This document shows positions 20,009 through 30,507 of a stretch of DNA of 64,000 nucleotides, piece by piece. How positions within the stretch are numbered: position 1 is the first letter of the stretch; each line of letters begins with the position of its first letter. Below the pieces are notes generated by a model. That model was not told where the DNA came from. It saw only the letters and a list, made by a program, of their open reading frames with translations, and did no database searches. The stretch spans positions 1,071,125 to 1,135,124 of the forward strand of contig NZ_JAALXT010000001.1 of NCBI RefSeq assembly GCF_011634775.1, read 5' to 3'. The position numbers were made by a program, and so were the translations under genes. This DNA comes from Thalassoroseus pseudoceratinae. Lineage in GTDB: Bacteria > Planctomycetota > Planctomycetia > Planctomycetales > Planctomycetaceae.

Positions 20009-21043
20009 ATGCATATTCCCGATGGATTTTTGGCTCCGGAAGTTTGCGCAGCAGCCGGAGCAGCCTCGATCGCGGCAGTGGGTTGGAGCGTCATCCGTTT
20101 GCGGGACCAAATCGCCGAACGAACCGTGGCCCTCACTGGGATGACGGCGGCATTCATTTTCGCCGGTCAGATGGTGAACTTCCGAGTCCCAATTGCGTTT
20201 CTCGGCGTGCCAGCGGTGTCCGGTCACTTGATGGGCGGAGTTCTCGCGGCGGTTTTGCTCGGCCCCTGGGCTGGATGCATTGCCGTGACGATCGTCGTCG
20301 CCATGCAAGCCCTATTATTCAGCGACGGCGGTCTGCTGGCGATGGGGGCGAACGTACTGAACATGGCCGTGATCGGCACATGGGGCGGGTATGGCGTTTA
20401 CACCATCGTGCGGCGATTGATTCGGGATCGTGCGGTGGGCACAGTCGTGGGTGCGGTTGTTGCCTCTTGGTTGACGGTGATGGCGGCGGCGATGCTGTTC
20501 TGCTTGGAACTTGGGTTCTCGGTCGATCGAACCGAGTTCGACTTGGGCCGAGTGTTTTCCATGATGGTTTCCGTCCATTCACTGATCGGAATTGGTGAGG
20601 CGTTGATCACCGGCGGAATTGTCAGTTTCGCGCTCACCCAACGTCCGGACTTGCTCGAGCGAGACGAACCAACGTTTCGCCCGCATTCAAGTTTCACACA
20701 GATCGTGATGGCGGGTCTTGTTGTGGCAATGACGGTTGCCGCTTTTCTTGCACCGTTTGCATCGTCCGCTCCGGACGGATTGGAAGCGGTTGCCGAGTCG
20801 CGTGGTTTTATCGATCAAGCGGATGATGGACCGGGATTTGTCCTCAGCGACTATGCAATTCCGTCGCCGTTTGCCGGTTGGAATCGGTCACCGTGGTGGC
20901 AACGAGTTTCGGTTTCGCTCGCGGGTATGCTTGGCACATTGACCGTCGCGGTCGCAGCGTTTCTGTTTGCACGCTCGATCCGTTCTCGAATGCAACTCGA
21001 AGCAGAGTCCGTTGGATCGCAGTCGGAAAGTAGATCGGCGTGA
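20009..21043 (+). CDS. cbiM: ECF transporter substrate-capture component CbiM/NikM with C-terminal PDGLE-domain extension
   Basis: Protein begins MHIPDGFL, the conserved metal-ligating N-terminus of CbiM/NikM. It has 7 TM helices. The C-terminal ~90 aa contains a PDGLE motif (SAPDGLEAVAES). Confidence 0.85.
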   Translation: MHIPDGFLAPEVCAAAGAASIAAVGWSVIRLRDQIAERTVALTGMTAAFIFAGQMVNFRVPIAFLGVPAVSGHLMGGVLAAVLLGPWAGCIAVTIVVAMQALLFSDGGLLAMGANVLNMAVIGTWGGYGVYTIVRRLIRDRAVGTVVGAVVASWLTVMAAAMLFCLELGFSVDRTEFDLGRVFSMMVSVHSLIGIGEALITGGIVSFALTQRPDLLERDEPTFRPHSSFTQIVMAGLVVAMTVAAFLAPFASSAPDGLEAVAESRGFIDQADDGPGFVLSDYAIPSPFAGWNRSPWWQRVSVSLAGMLGTLTVAVAAFLFARSIRSRMQLEAESVGSQSESRSA

Positions 21044-21705
21044 ACGAGTTCTCACCGTCGCGTTCAAATTCATCTCCCATTTGGCGAGTCGGGTTCTGCC
21101 TAATGATCATCGTCGCGGGATTGACCGTGCCGATCGGTTACTGGCCGTTCCATGGAATGCTGTTGGCGATTCTTTGGGCGGCTCATGCGTTTGCCGAAAC
21201 ACCGCTGTCGTACTTGGGACGTCGGCTTGCCGTTTTCCTGCCCTTTCTAGGTCTGTTAGCAATTTCGTTGCCGTTCTCTCAGGGATTTCGCAGCGGTGGT
21301 GAATTAGCCGCTGCGATTGCGTTTCGTGGGCTGATCTCGTTTTTAGCCGCACTCTGGCTAACGCGCGTTGTCTCGTTTGACGAGTTGATCCAAACGTTTC
21401 GGCAATTCCATGTGCCCGAGTTGCTTTTGAGCGTGCTTGTGCTGTCGTATCGGTACCTCTTTGTTCTTTGGGAAGAACTGGAACGCATGCAAACCGCTCG
21501 TGCGGCCCGAACGGTCAATCCACGCCCGCTGTTTGCTCGCTGGCGACTCTCGGTCCAACTCATCGGGATGTTGCTCGTTCGAGCATTGACGCGTGCCGAA
21601 CGCGTTCACGACTCGATGTGCGCTCGCGGGTGGGATGGACGACACCGAACACTCAACGACATCGGCCCGAACAAATCCTTTCACAACGCTCGAGCTGACC
21701 GGTAG
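21040..21705 (+). CDS. cbiQ: ECF transporter transmembrane (T) component CbiQ
   Basis: Start overlaps the cbiM stop (ATGA). 5 TM helices and a C-terminal ARxxR-type coupling region (MQTARAARTV) typical of EcfT/CbiQ. Confidence 0.8.
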   Translation: MNEFSPSRSNSSPIWRVGFCLMIIVAGLTVPIGYWPFHGMLLAILWAAHAFAETPLSYLGRRLAVFLPFLGLLAISLPFSQGFRSGGELAAAIAFRGLISFLAALWLTRVVSFDELIQTFRQFHVPELLLSVLVLSYRYLFVLWEELERMQTARAARTVNPRPLFARWRLSVQLIGMLLVRALTRAERVHDSMCARGWDGRHRTLNDIGPNKSFHNARADR

Positions 21706-21762
21706 GATAGTGTGGAATCCTGCCGACTCACCTCACGCTAGACCACCGAGTGTTACCACCGC

Positions 21763-22548
21763 ATGACCGGTCCCTCCTCAGATACTTCACCCACACCGGC
21801 CCCCGCCGTATGTGTGAGTGAACTTTCTTTCCGTTATGCCGGTGGACCGCCGACTCTGCGGGAGATCAGTTTCGTTTTGCAACCTGGCGAACGCGTTGGG
21901 TTGGTCGGACCGAGCGGTGCGGGCAAATCGACGTTGCTGATGCATTTGAACGGGTTATTGCCGCGGACTCATGCGACCGGTACTGGAACTGTCTCGGTCT
22001 CCATTCATGGACAGCCAGTCAACCGTGACACACTGCCATCGGTACGTCAGCAAGTTGGTTTCCTGTTCCAAGACCCCGATGATCAATTATTCTGCCCAAC
22101 TGTGGCCGAGGATGTCGCGTTTGGGCCGCTAAACCTGGGTTTATCAAAGGAAGAGGTCCACGAGCGTGTGCGTGTGAGTCTGGAACAAGTGGGACTTGCG
22201 GGCTTCGAACGCCGGAGCACAATGAGGCTGAGTGATGGCGAACGCAAACGCGTCGGCTTGGCAGGGGTGTTGGCATGTCAGCCGTCGATTCTGGTACTCG
22301 ATGAACCGACGAGCAATCTCGATCCACGAGCGCGTCGCTCTCTGATCTCACATTTAGATGCGTATGCGGGAACCCAACTAATTGCCACTCACGATTTGGA
22401 CTTCGTCGTTCTACACTGCTCCCGGGTTCTAATTTTGGATGCGGGCGAAATTCACGCCGACGGTCCCACGCATCGCGTTCTGCGTAACGCCGCCCTGATG
22501 GAGCAACATGGTTTGGAAGTTCCACTACGCTTGGCTATCGGCCCCTAG
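21763..22548 (+). CDS. cbiO: ECF transporter ATP-binding (A) component CbiO
   Basis: Walker A GPSGAGKST, ABC signature LSDGERKRVGLAGVLA, Walker B ILVLDEPTSNLD. Confidence 0.85.
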   Translation: MTGPSSDTSPTPAPAVCVSELSFRYAGGPPTLREISFVLQPGERVGLVGPSGAGKSTLLMHLNGLLPRTHATGTGTVSVSIHGQPVNRDTLPSVRQQVGFLFQDPDDQLFCPTVAEDVAFGPLNLGLSKEEVHERVRVSLEQVGLAGFERRSTMRLSDGERKRVGLAGVLACQPSILVLDEPTSNLDPRARRSLISHLDAYAGTQLIATHDLDFVVLHCSRVLILDAGEIHADGPTHRVLRNAALMEQHGLEVPLRLAIGP

Positions 22549-22813
22549 TTGACGCTGTCGTGGTCAACGAGCACACCCGCCCGAGCACGTATTTCTCAGA
22601 GTGCAAATTCGTTCTCAGATTCTGAGCGAAAACCAGCGAAAAGCGACTTTTTCGCCGTACTTCCCCGAAGTATTCGTCAGTGTCTGCCCATGACCCGTAT
22701 CTCCCGCAAATCCTCAAGAAAACCTAGTCAAGCTGGATACATTTTCAGCCGAAAATAGATAGAGCGACACGTTCGCGACCTGTTTTTGGTACGCCGAAAA
22801 GGATCTCTCCAGC

Positions 22814-25528
22814 ATGACCGATGACATTGTAAAAGAGTTTCTTGCAGAAAGCTGGGAGAACCTAGGGCAACTCGATTCTGAGATCGTTCAACTCGAAAAA
22901 CGCCCCACCGATACCGACCTGATCGCGAGCATTTTCCGAACGATTCACACCATCAAAGGCACCTGCGGTTTTCTTGGGTTGCCGAAGTTGGAAAGCGTGG
23001 CTCACTCCGCGGAGAACGTCCTCGGGCAGATGCGAAGCCGAGCATTGCCCGTCACGCCGGATGCGATTTCCCTCGTGCTCGAAGCCGTCGATCGCACGAA
23101 GGAACTGCTGGATTCGATCGAGATGACCGGAGCCGAGGATGACGGCGATGACAAGCGTCTGATTCATAAGCTCGACTTGTTGGCATCAGTTCCTCAATCA
23201 TTCTCAAAGCCGGAAACTCCGGAACCAGCCACTGCCGACACGCCGGAGGCTCCGGAATTGGCCACACCGGAACCAGACGAGCCGGAAAACTCCGTCGATA
23301 CCGAACCGGCGCCGATAGACGCACCAATCCCAACGCCAGACCCCGAACCGGTCAACGCCGCCGCTGCGGTGCCCTCAGCCAATCCAGAGCCAACGCCCGG
23401 ACCGAGTGCCCCACCGAAACCAAGTGAACCAGCGAATAAACCGGCTCCTTCAAAGGAACAACAGTCGAAAGGTTGGGACGAAACGGCACGCACGTCGGAA
23501 CTTTCCATTCGAATTGATGTGCAAGTGTTGGACCACCTCATGAACCTCGTCGGGGAATTGGTTCTGACTCGTAACCAGCTCCTGCAACTCACACGAGGCG
23601 ATGAGGAATCTCGATATGCCACTCCCGTGGCTCAACTCAACCGCGTGACCACTCATTTGCAAGAAGGAGTGATGAAAACGCGGATGCAGCCAATTGGCAA
23701 TGCGTGGAATAAACTTCCGCGGTTGGTTCGTGACTTGGCGAACGTCACGGAAAAGCAGATTGACCTCGAACTCTACGGTGCCGAGACGGAGTTGGATCGT
23801 ACGGTTCTCGATGCCATCAAAGATCCGCTCACGCATATGGTGCGGAATTCCGCTGATCACGGGATTGAATCGCCACAGGAACGTGAACAACTCGGCAAAC
23901 CCGAAACCGGTCGCATTCACCTCAAAGCGTACCATGAGGGCGGTCACGTCATCATCCGAATTGATGACGATGGACGCGGAATCGCGGTCGACAAAGTCCG
24001 GGAAAAAGCCATCCGGCAGGGACTCATTTCCGAAGCCGACGCCGAACTCCGCAGCGAAGCGGACTTGATGCAGTTCATCTTTCATCCCGGTTTTTCGACC
24101 GCCGAGAAGATTAGTTCGGTGTCCGGACGCGGGGTGGGAATGGACGTGGTCAAGACGCAGATCGAGAAAATCGGCGGGACCATCGAACTGACGTCACAAG
24201 CCGGTCGAGGCACGACCATCAAAATCAAAATTCCGCTGACGCTCGCGATTATATCGGCATTGATCGTGGAAGCCGGGGGGGAAAGTTTTGCGATTCCGCA
24301 ACTCGGTGTCGTGGAATTGGTGCGATTGTCCTCATCCGATCTGCGGAAGATCGAACGAATTCGAAACCACGAGTTCTACCGCCTCCGCGATCGGCTGCTG
24401 CCGTTGATTCCGCTCCACGAAATTGTCGGACTTGAAGACGGTCACCGATCGACCGAGGAAGCCAATATCGCCGTTGTTCAGGTCGGAGAAGACCAATTTG
24501 GCATTCTTGTTTCTCAGGTCTTCGATACTGAAGAAATTGTCGTAAAGCCGGTTGGCTCCCTTCTCAAACACATCGATATTTATCAGGGCACAACCATTCT
24601 GGGTGATGGCCGCGTCATCATGATTCTGGATATCGCCGGAATCGCGAATCAAAACGGTGGGCTGCCGTCCAACGACAACCTCAATCACGAACTCTCCGAC
24701 TCTCACGGTCCCGAACCAACGAACGTCCTTCTGTTTAATGCCGGTGACAATCGCACGATGGGTGTGCCGTTGTCTCTCGTTGCACGTCTGGAAGAAATTC
24801 CCAAAGAACAAATCGAAACGGCCGGTCGCAGGAAGGTTGTGCAATACCGCGATCAACTTCTGCCGCTGTTGACCATCGATGGCACATCCAGCGTGGAGAG
24901 CAGCACGAACATTCAACCCGTTATTGTCTTCAGTGAAGGCAATAATTCGATGGGCCTGATGGTGCAGGGCATTCGCGACATCATCGAAGAACGCCTCACG
25001 ATGCACATGAATGCCAATCAACCCGGTGTCCTCGGCACAGCAATTCTTGGTGGGCAAGCTGTCGATGTCATCGATACCCACTACTACATCAACCAGGCCA
25101 ACCCCGAATGGTACGCCGACGTCAAGCGGAAATCGCTTCCGAGAGTGCTTGTGGTCGATGATTCCATCTTCTTCCGTCAGCTCATCACAACCACCTTAGA
25201 GTCTCAGGGGTACGAAGTGGTGGCGTGCGGAGCAGGGGATGATGCCATCGGGCGGATCGATCGTGGGGAGCGGTTCCAGATCATCGTGAGCGATCTTGAA
25301 ATGCCTTCAATGGATGGATTCCAGTTTGCGAATGCTTGTCGAGTCCGACCGGAACTCAAGTCAACGAAACTGATCGCAATGACGGCTCTTCAAGAAACCG
25401 ACTTGGAGAATCGAGCCAAAGACGCGGGGTACGATGCTACGCTGCGAAAGTTTGACCCCACCGCACTCGTCTCGACGATTCGCCGTCTCTGCGAAACTCA
25501 GGGCAGCCAGGAAAGGATCTCTGCATGA
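22814..25528 (+). CDS. cheA: chemotaxis histidine kinase CheA with C-terminal receiver domain (CheA-CheY hybrid)
   Basis: P1 Hpt domain ([16 protein letters not shown]), Pro/Glu-rich linker, HATPase_c ([11 protein letters not shown]), two CheW-like regions, and a C-terminal REC domain (RVLVVDDS...[10 protein letters not shown]). Confidence 0.9.
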   Translation: MTDDIVKEFLAESWENLGQLDSEIVQLEKRPTDTDLIASIFRTIHTIKGTCGFLGLPKLESVAHSAENVLGQMRSRALPVTPDAISLVLEAVDRTKELLDSIEMTGAEDDGDDKRLIHKLDLLASVPQSFSKPETPEPATADTPEAPELATPEPDEPENSVDTEPAPIDAPIPTPDPEPVNAAAAVPSANPEPTPGPSAPPKPSEPANKPAPSKEQQSKGWDETARTSELSIRIDVQVLDHLMNLVGELVLTRNQLLQLTRGDEESRYATPVAQLNRVTTHLQEGVMKTRMQPIGNAWNKLPRLVRDLANVTEKQIDLELYGAETELDRTVLDAIKDPLTHMVRNSADHGIESPQEREQLGKPETGRIHLKAYHEGGHVIIRIDDDGRGIAVDKVREKAIRQGLISEADAELRSEADLMQFIFHPGFSTAEKISSVSGRGVGMDVVKTQIEKIGGTIELTSQAGRGTTIKIKIPLTLAIISALIVEAGGESFAIPQLGVVELVRLSSSDLRKIERIRNHEFYRLRDRLLPLIPLHEIVGLEDGHRSTEEANIAVVQVGEDQFGILVSQVFDTEEIVVKPVGSLLKHIDIYQGTTILGDGRVIMILDIAGIANQNGGLPSNDNLNHELSDSHGPEPTNVLLFNAGDNRTMGVPLSLVARLEEIPKEQIETAGRRKVVQYRDQLLPLLTIDGTSSVESSTNIQPVIVFSEGNNSMGLMVQGIRDIIEERLTMHMNANQPGVLGTAILGGQAVDVIDTHYYINQANPEWYADVKRKSLPRVLVVDDSIFFRQLITTTLESQGYEVVACGAGDDAIGRIDRGERFQIIVSDLEMPSMDGFQFANACRVRPELKSTKLIAMTALQETDLENRAKDAGYDATLRKFDPTALVSTIRRLCETQGSQERISA

Positions 25529-26001
25529 CGACTACCGCTCCAACAGTACCGTCGAGCAATACCACGTCGCATGTCTCACAACAGTATGTGACTTTCCGGG
25601 TCGCCGACGATTTATACGGCGTCCCAGTTACTGTGGTTCAAGAAGTGCTCAATCCACAAAGAATCGCCAAGACTCCCAAAGCGCCGCCGGACATCGCGGG
25701 ATTGCTCAACTTACGTGGGCAAATCGTGACGGCTGTCGATCTTCGCACGTACTTCGATCTTGCCCCTCTCGAGGGAGACAAGGAACCAATGAACGTTGTG
25801 GTTCGCTACCGCGACGAATGGTTCAGTCTTCTCGTCGATGAAGTTGGCGAAGTTGTCGATGTGGGCAAGACACGCATGGACCCCGTTCCACACTCGCTTG
25901 CCGCATCCCGACGCGGTGTGCTGCGAGGTGTGCTACGCCTGGAAGACGCACTGCTTGTCGTGCTGGATATCTCTTGCATTCTCGATCGGCGAAAGGGCTA
26001 G
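25525..26001 (+). CDS. cheW: chemotaxis coupling protein CheW
   Basis: 158 aa with a [21 protein letters not shown] CheW fold start. Translationally coupled to cheA (ATGA overlap). Confidence 0.9.
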   Translation: MTTTAPTVPSSNTTSHVSQQYVTFRVADDLYGVPVTVVQEVLNPQRIAKTPKAPPDIAGLLNLRGQIVTAVDLRTYFDLAPLEGDKEPMNVVVRYRDEWFSLLVDEVGEVVDVGKTRMDPVPHSLAASRRGVLRGVLRLEDALLVVLDISCILDRRKG

Positions 26002-28493
26002 TATTCATGGGATTGGCCGTCGGTCTACTACGAGATTCCTTCGCACTTTTGCGTGGGCAACTCGATCACATCACAAAACTTTTTTACGAACGGTTGTTCG
26101 AGCAACAACCGACGTTAATGCCGTTGTTCGCGGGGGCTGATCTCATCGATCAACGCCAGAAACTCGGGCAAGCGTTGGTTTTGATCGTCCGTTGGCTCGA
26201 CCAACCCGAAGCGCTCGAACGGTACTTGGGTGACCTCGGCGTTCGCCACATGCAGTGGGGAGTTTCGGACGACGACTACGCCGATGTCGGCAGCGTTCTG
26301 CTGGAAGTGCTAGCCGATGTTGCCGGCGACCATTGGAACGCCGAGCTACAAAACGCCTGGTCCGAAGCTTACACCGCTGTCGCAGACACGATGATTGCAG
26401 CGGCTCACTCCCAGCTTACCGCTGCCAAGACCGTTCCAGAAACCGTACACAACTCGTCGGGTCACGAATCTCACCCGACCTCCGAAATCGCCCCTCCCTC
26501 TCTCGACTGGACTTCCGAATCTATGACTCCATCTCAAATCGATTCCGCAATGAATGCTGCCGCTGGTTCATCGACTCAACAAACCAACACAAGTTTGATG
26601 GCGTTGGCGTTGGAACAATCGACGACGCCCACGATCATTTTCGATGCGGACGGGGCTGTTCTCTGCTTCAACACTGCCAGCGAGAAACTATTTCAATCAC
26701 TTTCAGCGGAACTCGATGTTCGCACGGAAACGCTCCGTCACGGTTCCTGGTCGCTGATACGAGAAACAATGCCAGGTCTTCGGGAACACGTGAATTCCGA
26801 CCGTTCAAGCACGGTCCATTCGCAAATTGGTCAACGCCACTTCGACGTCTCGGTGGTCAACCTACACGATTCCAACGGTCGCCCCACGGGCCGAATGCTG
26901 ACACTGCAAGAAACCACTCAGCAAGTCGAACTCAGCGAAAAAACGGTGGATCTGGAAGGCCAGATCGAAGCTGTCAGCCGCACGCAGGCCGTGATTCAGT
27001 TCGACCTGGACGGAACCATCCTGACCGCCAATGACAATTTCTTGAGCGTCTTGGGTTATCGGTTGAACGAAATCCAAGGACAGCACCACGAAATGTTCGT
27101 CGACCAAGCATACCGAGTTTCCGCGGAGTACCGGCAGTTCTGGGAACGACTCCGAAACGGGGAATCCTTCGCTGGTGAATTCAAGCGGATCACAAAAGCC
27201 GGCGAAGTGATTTGGATCTCTGCAAGCTACAATCCCATCCATGATGCGACTGGCAAACTGTGCAAGGTCGTCAAGTTCGCAACCGATGTCACAGCTCTCG
27301 TCGAGAGTCGGAAGGAAGCTAGCCGAATCAAATCGGCCATCGAACAAATGCCCATCAACGTCATGCTGGCGGGCAAAGACCTCCAGCTCAACTACATCAA
27401 CACCGCCACTCGGAAAAAACTGCAAGAACTGCAGCACCTCCTTCCCAAACCAGTCGACGAGCTCGTTGGCAATTCAATTGACATCTTCCACAAACAACCG
27501 GAGATGCAACGACGATTGCTTGCTGACCCTTCCAACTTGCCACACCGTGCAAAGGTCAAATTGGGGCCGGAGACTTTGGACTTGCTCGTCTCTGCGGTCT
27601 ACGACGAAGACGGTGAATACGTCGGCCCAATGGTGACTTGGTCAGTCCTCACGCAACAAGTGCAACTCGCCGACGACTTCGAACGTGATGTCAAAGGGGT
27701 TGCCTCATCGATTACAGAAGCGTCCAACGCACTCCACACCAACTTCCAATCGATGGCGGAAACATCCGAGGAAACCTCACAGAAAGCGGAAGTTGCCGCA
27801 GCCGCAGGTGAGCAAGCCTCGAAAAACGTTGAAACCGTCGCTGCAGCCGCTGAAGAACTGAGCCAGTCGATCGATGAAATTGCTCGCCACGTGCAAGAAG
27901 CATCGCGAATGACTGAACAAGCGGTTTCCGAAAGCAACCGAACAAACGCATCGATCAATGAGCTCGAAGGAGCGAGCAAGCAAATCGGTGAAGTGATCAA
28001 GGTCATCACCTCGATCGCACAACAAACCAACTTGCTCGCTTTAAACGCAACGATCGAAGCAGCTCGTGCAGGCGAAGCTGGAAAAGGCTTCGCTGTGGTC
28101 GCCAACGAAGTCAAGGAACTCGCCCGCCAAACCGCGAAAGCGACCGAAGAAATTAGCCACAAGATCGCAGCTATTCAGACGAGTAGCGGTGAAGCCATCG
28201 GGGCAATCACTTCAATCGGCGAATCGATTCGACGCATCAATGAGATCTCCACGACCATCGCTGGCGCGGTCGAGGAACAAACCGCCGCTACCAGTGAAAT
28301 CTCTCGGAACGTCGCTGAAGCCGCTCGTGGCACAGCGGAGGTCAGCAGCAGTATTACCGTGGTCGCAAGTGCCGCCGAGGAAAGCGGGCGTCGCGTCAGT
28401 GAAATGCAAAAAGTCGCCCAACAGGTGAATGATCAGTCGGGAACCCTCAACAACGTCGCAGACGAATTCCTCGCAAAGCTCCGTATCAACTAG
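25974..28493 (+). CDS. soluble globin-coupled methyl-accepting chemotaxis protein (globin-PAS-PAS-MCP signalling domain); probable start ATG 26007
   Basis: N-terminal globin-like sensor domain ([22 protein letters not shown]...[11 protein letters not shown]), two PAS/PAC-like segments, and a C-terminal MCP signalling domain ([33 protein letters not shown]). No TM helices. The ORF-track start overlaps cheW by 28 nt. ATG 26007 (MGLAVGLL) is more plausible. Confidence 0.85.
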   Translation: MHSRSAKGLVFMGLAVGLLRDSFALLRGQLDHITKLFYERLFEQQPTLMPLFAGADLIDQRQKLGQALVLIVRWLDQPEALERYLGDLGVRHMQWGVSDDDYADVGSVLLEVLADVAGDHWNAELQNAWSEAYTAVADTMIAAAHSQLTAAKTVPETVHNSSGHESHPTSEIAPPSLDWTSESMTPSQIDSAMNAAAGSSTQQTNTSLMALALEQSTTPTIIFDADGAVLCFNTASEKLFQSLSAELDVRTETLRHGSWSLIRETMPGLREHVNSDRSSTVHSQIGQRHFDVSVVNLHDSNGRPTGRMLTLQETTQQVELSEKTVDLEGQIEAVSRTQAVIQFDLDGTILTANDNFLSVLGYRLNEIQGQHHEMFVDQAYRVSAEYRQFWERLRNGESFAGEFKRITKAGEVIWISASYNPIHDATGKLCKVVKFATDVTALVESRKEASRIKSAIEQMPINVMLAGKDLQLNYINTATRKKLQELQHLLPKPVDELVGNSIDIFHKQPEMQRRLLADPSNLPHRAKVKLGPETLDLLVSAVYDEDGEYVGPMVTWSVLTQQVQLADDFERDVKGVASSITEASNALHTNFQSMAETSEETSQKAEVAAAAGEQASKNVETVAAAAEELSQSIDEIARHVQEASRMTEQAVSESNRTNASINELEGASKQIGEVIKVITSIAQQTNLLALNATIEAARAGEAGKGFAVVANEVKELARQTAKATEEISHKIAAIQTSSGEAIGAITSIGESIRRINEISTTIAGAVEEQTAATSEISRNVAEAARGTAEVSSSITVVASAAEESGRRVSEMQKVAQQVNDQSGTLNNVADEFLAKLRIN

Positions 28494-28613
28494 ACAGTCT
28501 CTCAGTGCGAGACCTAGTCTGATTTCGATGCCACAACTGATGAATTGCGATGACCGACAACAATCAACTCTAGCGCAATACATAAATACTCAAACTCCCC
28601 TAACGCATGTAGA

Positions 28614-28994
28614 TTGGAAACGCCAATGGCAACCGTCTTGCTAGTCGACGATGCGCGTACAGTGCGATCGATCTGTCGACGAATCATGGAATCCATGGAC
28701 TACACCGTTCTAGAGGCAGAAAATGGTCAAGTCGCCTTGGATCTCGTGCATAGTCACCCCGAGATCGAACTCATTCTGCTTGACTGGAACATGCCCGTCA
28801 TGGATGGTCTCACATTCCTAAAGGCTGTTCGCGCCGAGTCGCTCGTCCAACAACCGAAGATTGTGATGTGTACGACTGAGGCTGAGTTCACACAGATCGC
28901 GACTGCAATCCAAGCAGGAGCGGATGAATATGTTATGAAGCCTTTCACAGAAGACGTTATTCGCGAGAAAGTGGAAGCAGCAATCGCGTTGTAG
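28614..28994 (+). CDS. cheY: chemotaxis response regulator CheY (single REC domain)
   Basis: 126 aa with VLLVDDARTVR...LDWNMPVMDGL...KPF, giving a full receiver-domain signature. Confidence 0.9.
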   Translation: METPMATVLLVDDARTVRSICRRIMESMDYTVLEAENGQVALDLVHSHPEIELILLDWNMPVMDGLTFLKAVRAESLVQQPKIVMCTTEAEFTQIATAIQAGADEYVMKPFTEDVIREKVEAAIAL

Positions 28995-29285
28995 TCCCTA
29001 CGAATACGAGAACACACGGCTTAGCTTGATGAAGGCCATAGGCCGCCAACGGCATTCAGATTAGCCAAACTAGCCATCGTGTATACGTCGCGTTTTGAAC
29101 GAGGCGAGACTGAATGCTGCCATCGATCAACCACACGCAGTTTCACAACCGTATGTGTCCCGGCGAATCCCTTCGCCAGCAAGATGGCAGCCGATTCTGC
29201 TGGTTCGCGAACAAGCAGTCACTGCGGTCGGTACTTCATACTCCACAGCGGATATTCTTCGCACAGAACGACTCCAGGTTTGTCC

Positions 29286-30116
29286 ATGACACCACAAGAT
29301 TTTGACTTCCTGTCCTGTTGGCTTCGTGAACAGTCTGGATTGACTCTCCCTAAAGGGAAGGAGTACCTCGCTAAATCGAGACTACTCCCGCTTGCACAAA
29401 GTGAAGGCCTGGCAGACATCTCTGCATTGGTTAAGGAATTGCGCCGTTCCTCAACATCGCCATTAGCAACCGCCGTTGTTGAGGCGATGACCACAAACGA
29501 ATCTCTGTTCTTTCGGGACAAGAAACCGTTTGACGATCTCAAAGACACATTGATCCCTGAAATCATCCAGGACCGAGCAACTCATCGACACATCCGAATT
29601 TGGTGTGCAGCATGTTCGACGGGTCAGGAACCGTATTCGCTTTTGATGATGCTAGCCGAGAACTTTGCGCAATTGGATAGTTGGCGAGTCGAGGTCGTTG
29701 CAACCGATCTTGACAGCAAGGCACTCGAACGAGCCAAGAACGGTCTGTACTCGCAAATGGAGGTTCAACGCGGCCTACCAATCCAACTCTTACTAAAGTA
29801 CTTCCGACAGGTTGACACGAGTTGGCAGGTCATTGACGAACTGCGTCACCAAGTCACTTGGAAGCAGTGGAATCTGCTAGACTCATTTGCGGGCTTAGGA
29901 CAGTTCGATTTAATCCTTTGCCGCAACGTGCTGATCTACTTCGACGAGTCCCTTAAACGCGAAATCTTTCAAAAGCTGACAAAGAGCCTGCGAGATAATG
30001 GCCCACTCATTCTAGGTGCCGCGGAAACTGTCATCGGGCTTTCCAAAGACTTCGCACGTGACACGCGTTGCAGGTCATCCGTTTACCGGTTCCGCAATCA
30101 GCCGAGTGCGCTTTAG
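29286..30116 (+). CDS. cheR: chemotaxis protein methyltransferase CheR
   Basis: CheR N-terminal helical domain (DFDFLSCWLREQSGLTL) and SAM-binding domain (IRIWCAACSTGQEPYSL...LILCRNVLIYF). Start placed at in-frame ATG 29286. The ORF-track start at 29079 adds a non-homologous 69-aa leader. Confidence 0.85.
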   Translation: MTPQDFDFLSCWLREQSGLTLPKGKEYLAKSRLLPLAQSEGLADISALVKELRRSSTSPLATAVVEAMTTNESLFFRDKKPFDDLKDTLIPEIIQDRATHRHIRIWCAACSTGQEPYSLLMMLAENFAQLDSWRVEVVATDLDSKALERAKNGLYSQMEVQRGLPIQLLLKYFRQVDTSWQVIDELRHQVTWKQWNLLDSFAGLGQFDLILCRNVLIYFDESLKREIFQKLTKSLRDNGPLILGAAETVIGLSKDFARDTRCRSSVYRFRNQPSAL

Positions 30117-30507
30117 TGAACACTAGCAACGACATCCAGCAGTCGAGTTAACAAGACTAAACCTGCCCCCCACCTAGCCCCGCCACACACTCGAACAAAC
30201 GCAAGATGCCATCTCATCATTAGATGACACCTTTGCGTCCCTCACGACCCGTACAACGCACAATCTCTAGTCGACAAATTGTTTTCTTGTTCACTCCTGG
30301 ATCTCGACTATACAACACCATCACAGTCGCCGATATAAGTGTATACAGAACCCTCCGCACCAACAAGCTCATATCGGGAATGTGCTAGCCCGGCCGGAAT
30401 CAACAGCTGGCTTATCTGAACGTATTTGTTGAAATATAAACAGTCCTTGTGCTCGCTTTCACGGATACCTGTGTTCGTGCCAAGTTACCTTTTCTAGGCA
30501 GTCGCCC

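Noticed and set aside
22549-22813. Hairpins (gcgaaaa...ttttcgc, ctcag-att-ctgag) after cbiO as possible terminator
   Set aside because: The stems are short (5-7 bp) and are not followed by a U-tract. They cannot be called terminators with confidence.
24332-25081. 249-aa minus-strand ORF inside cheA
   Set aside because: It is antisense to the conserved CheW-like/REC regions of cheA. It is spurious.
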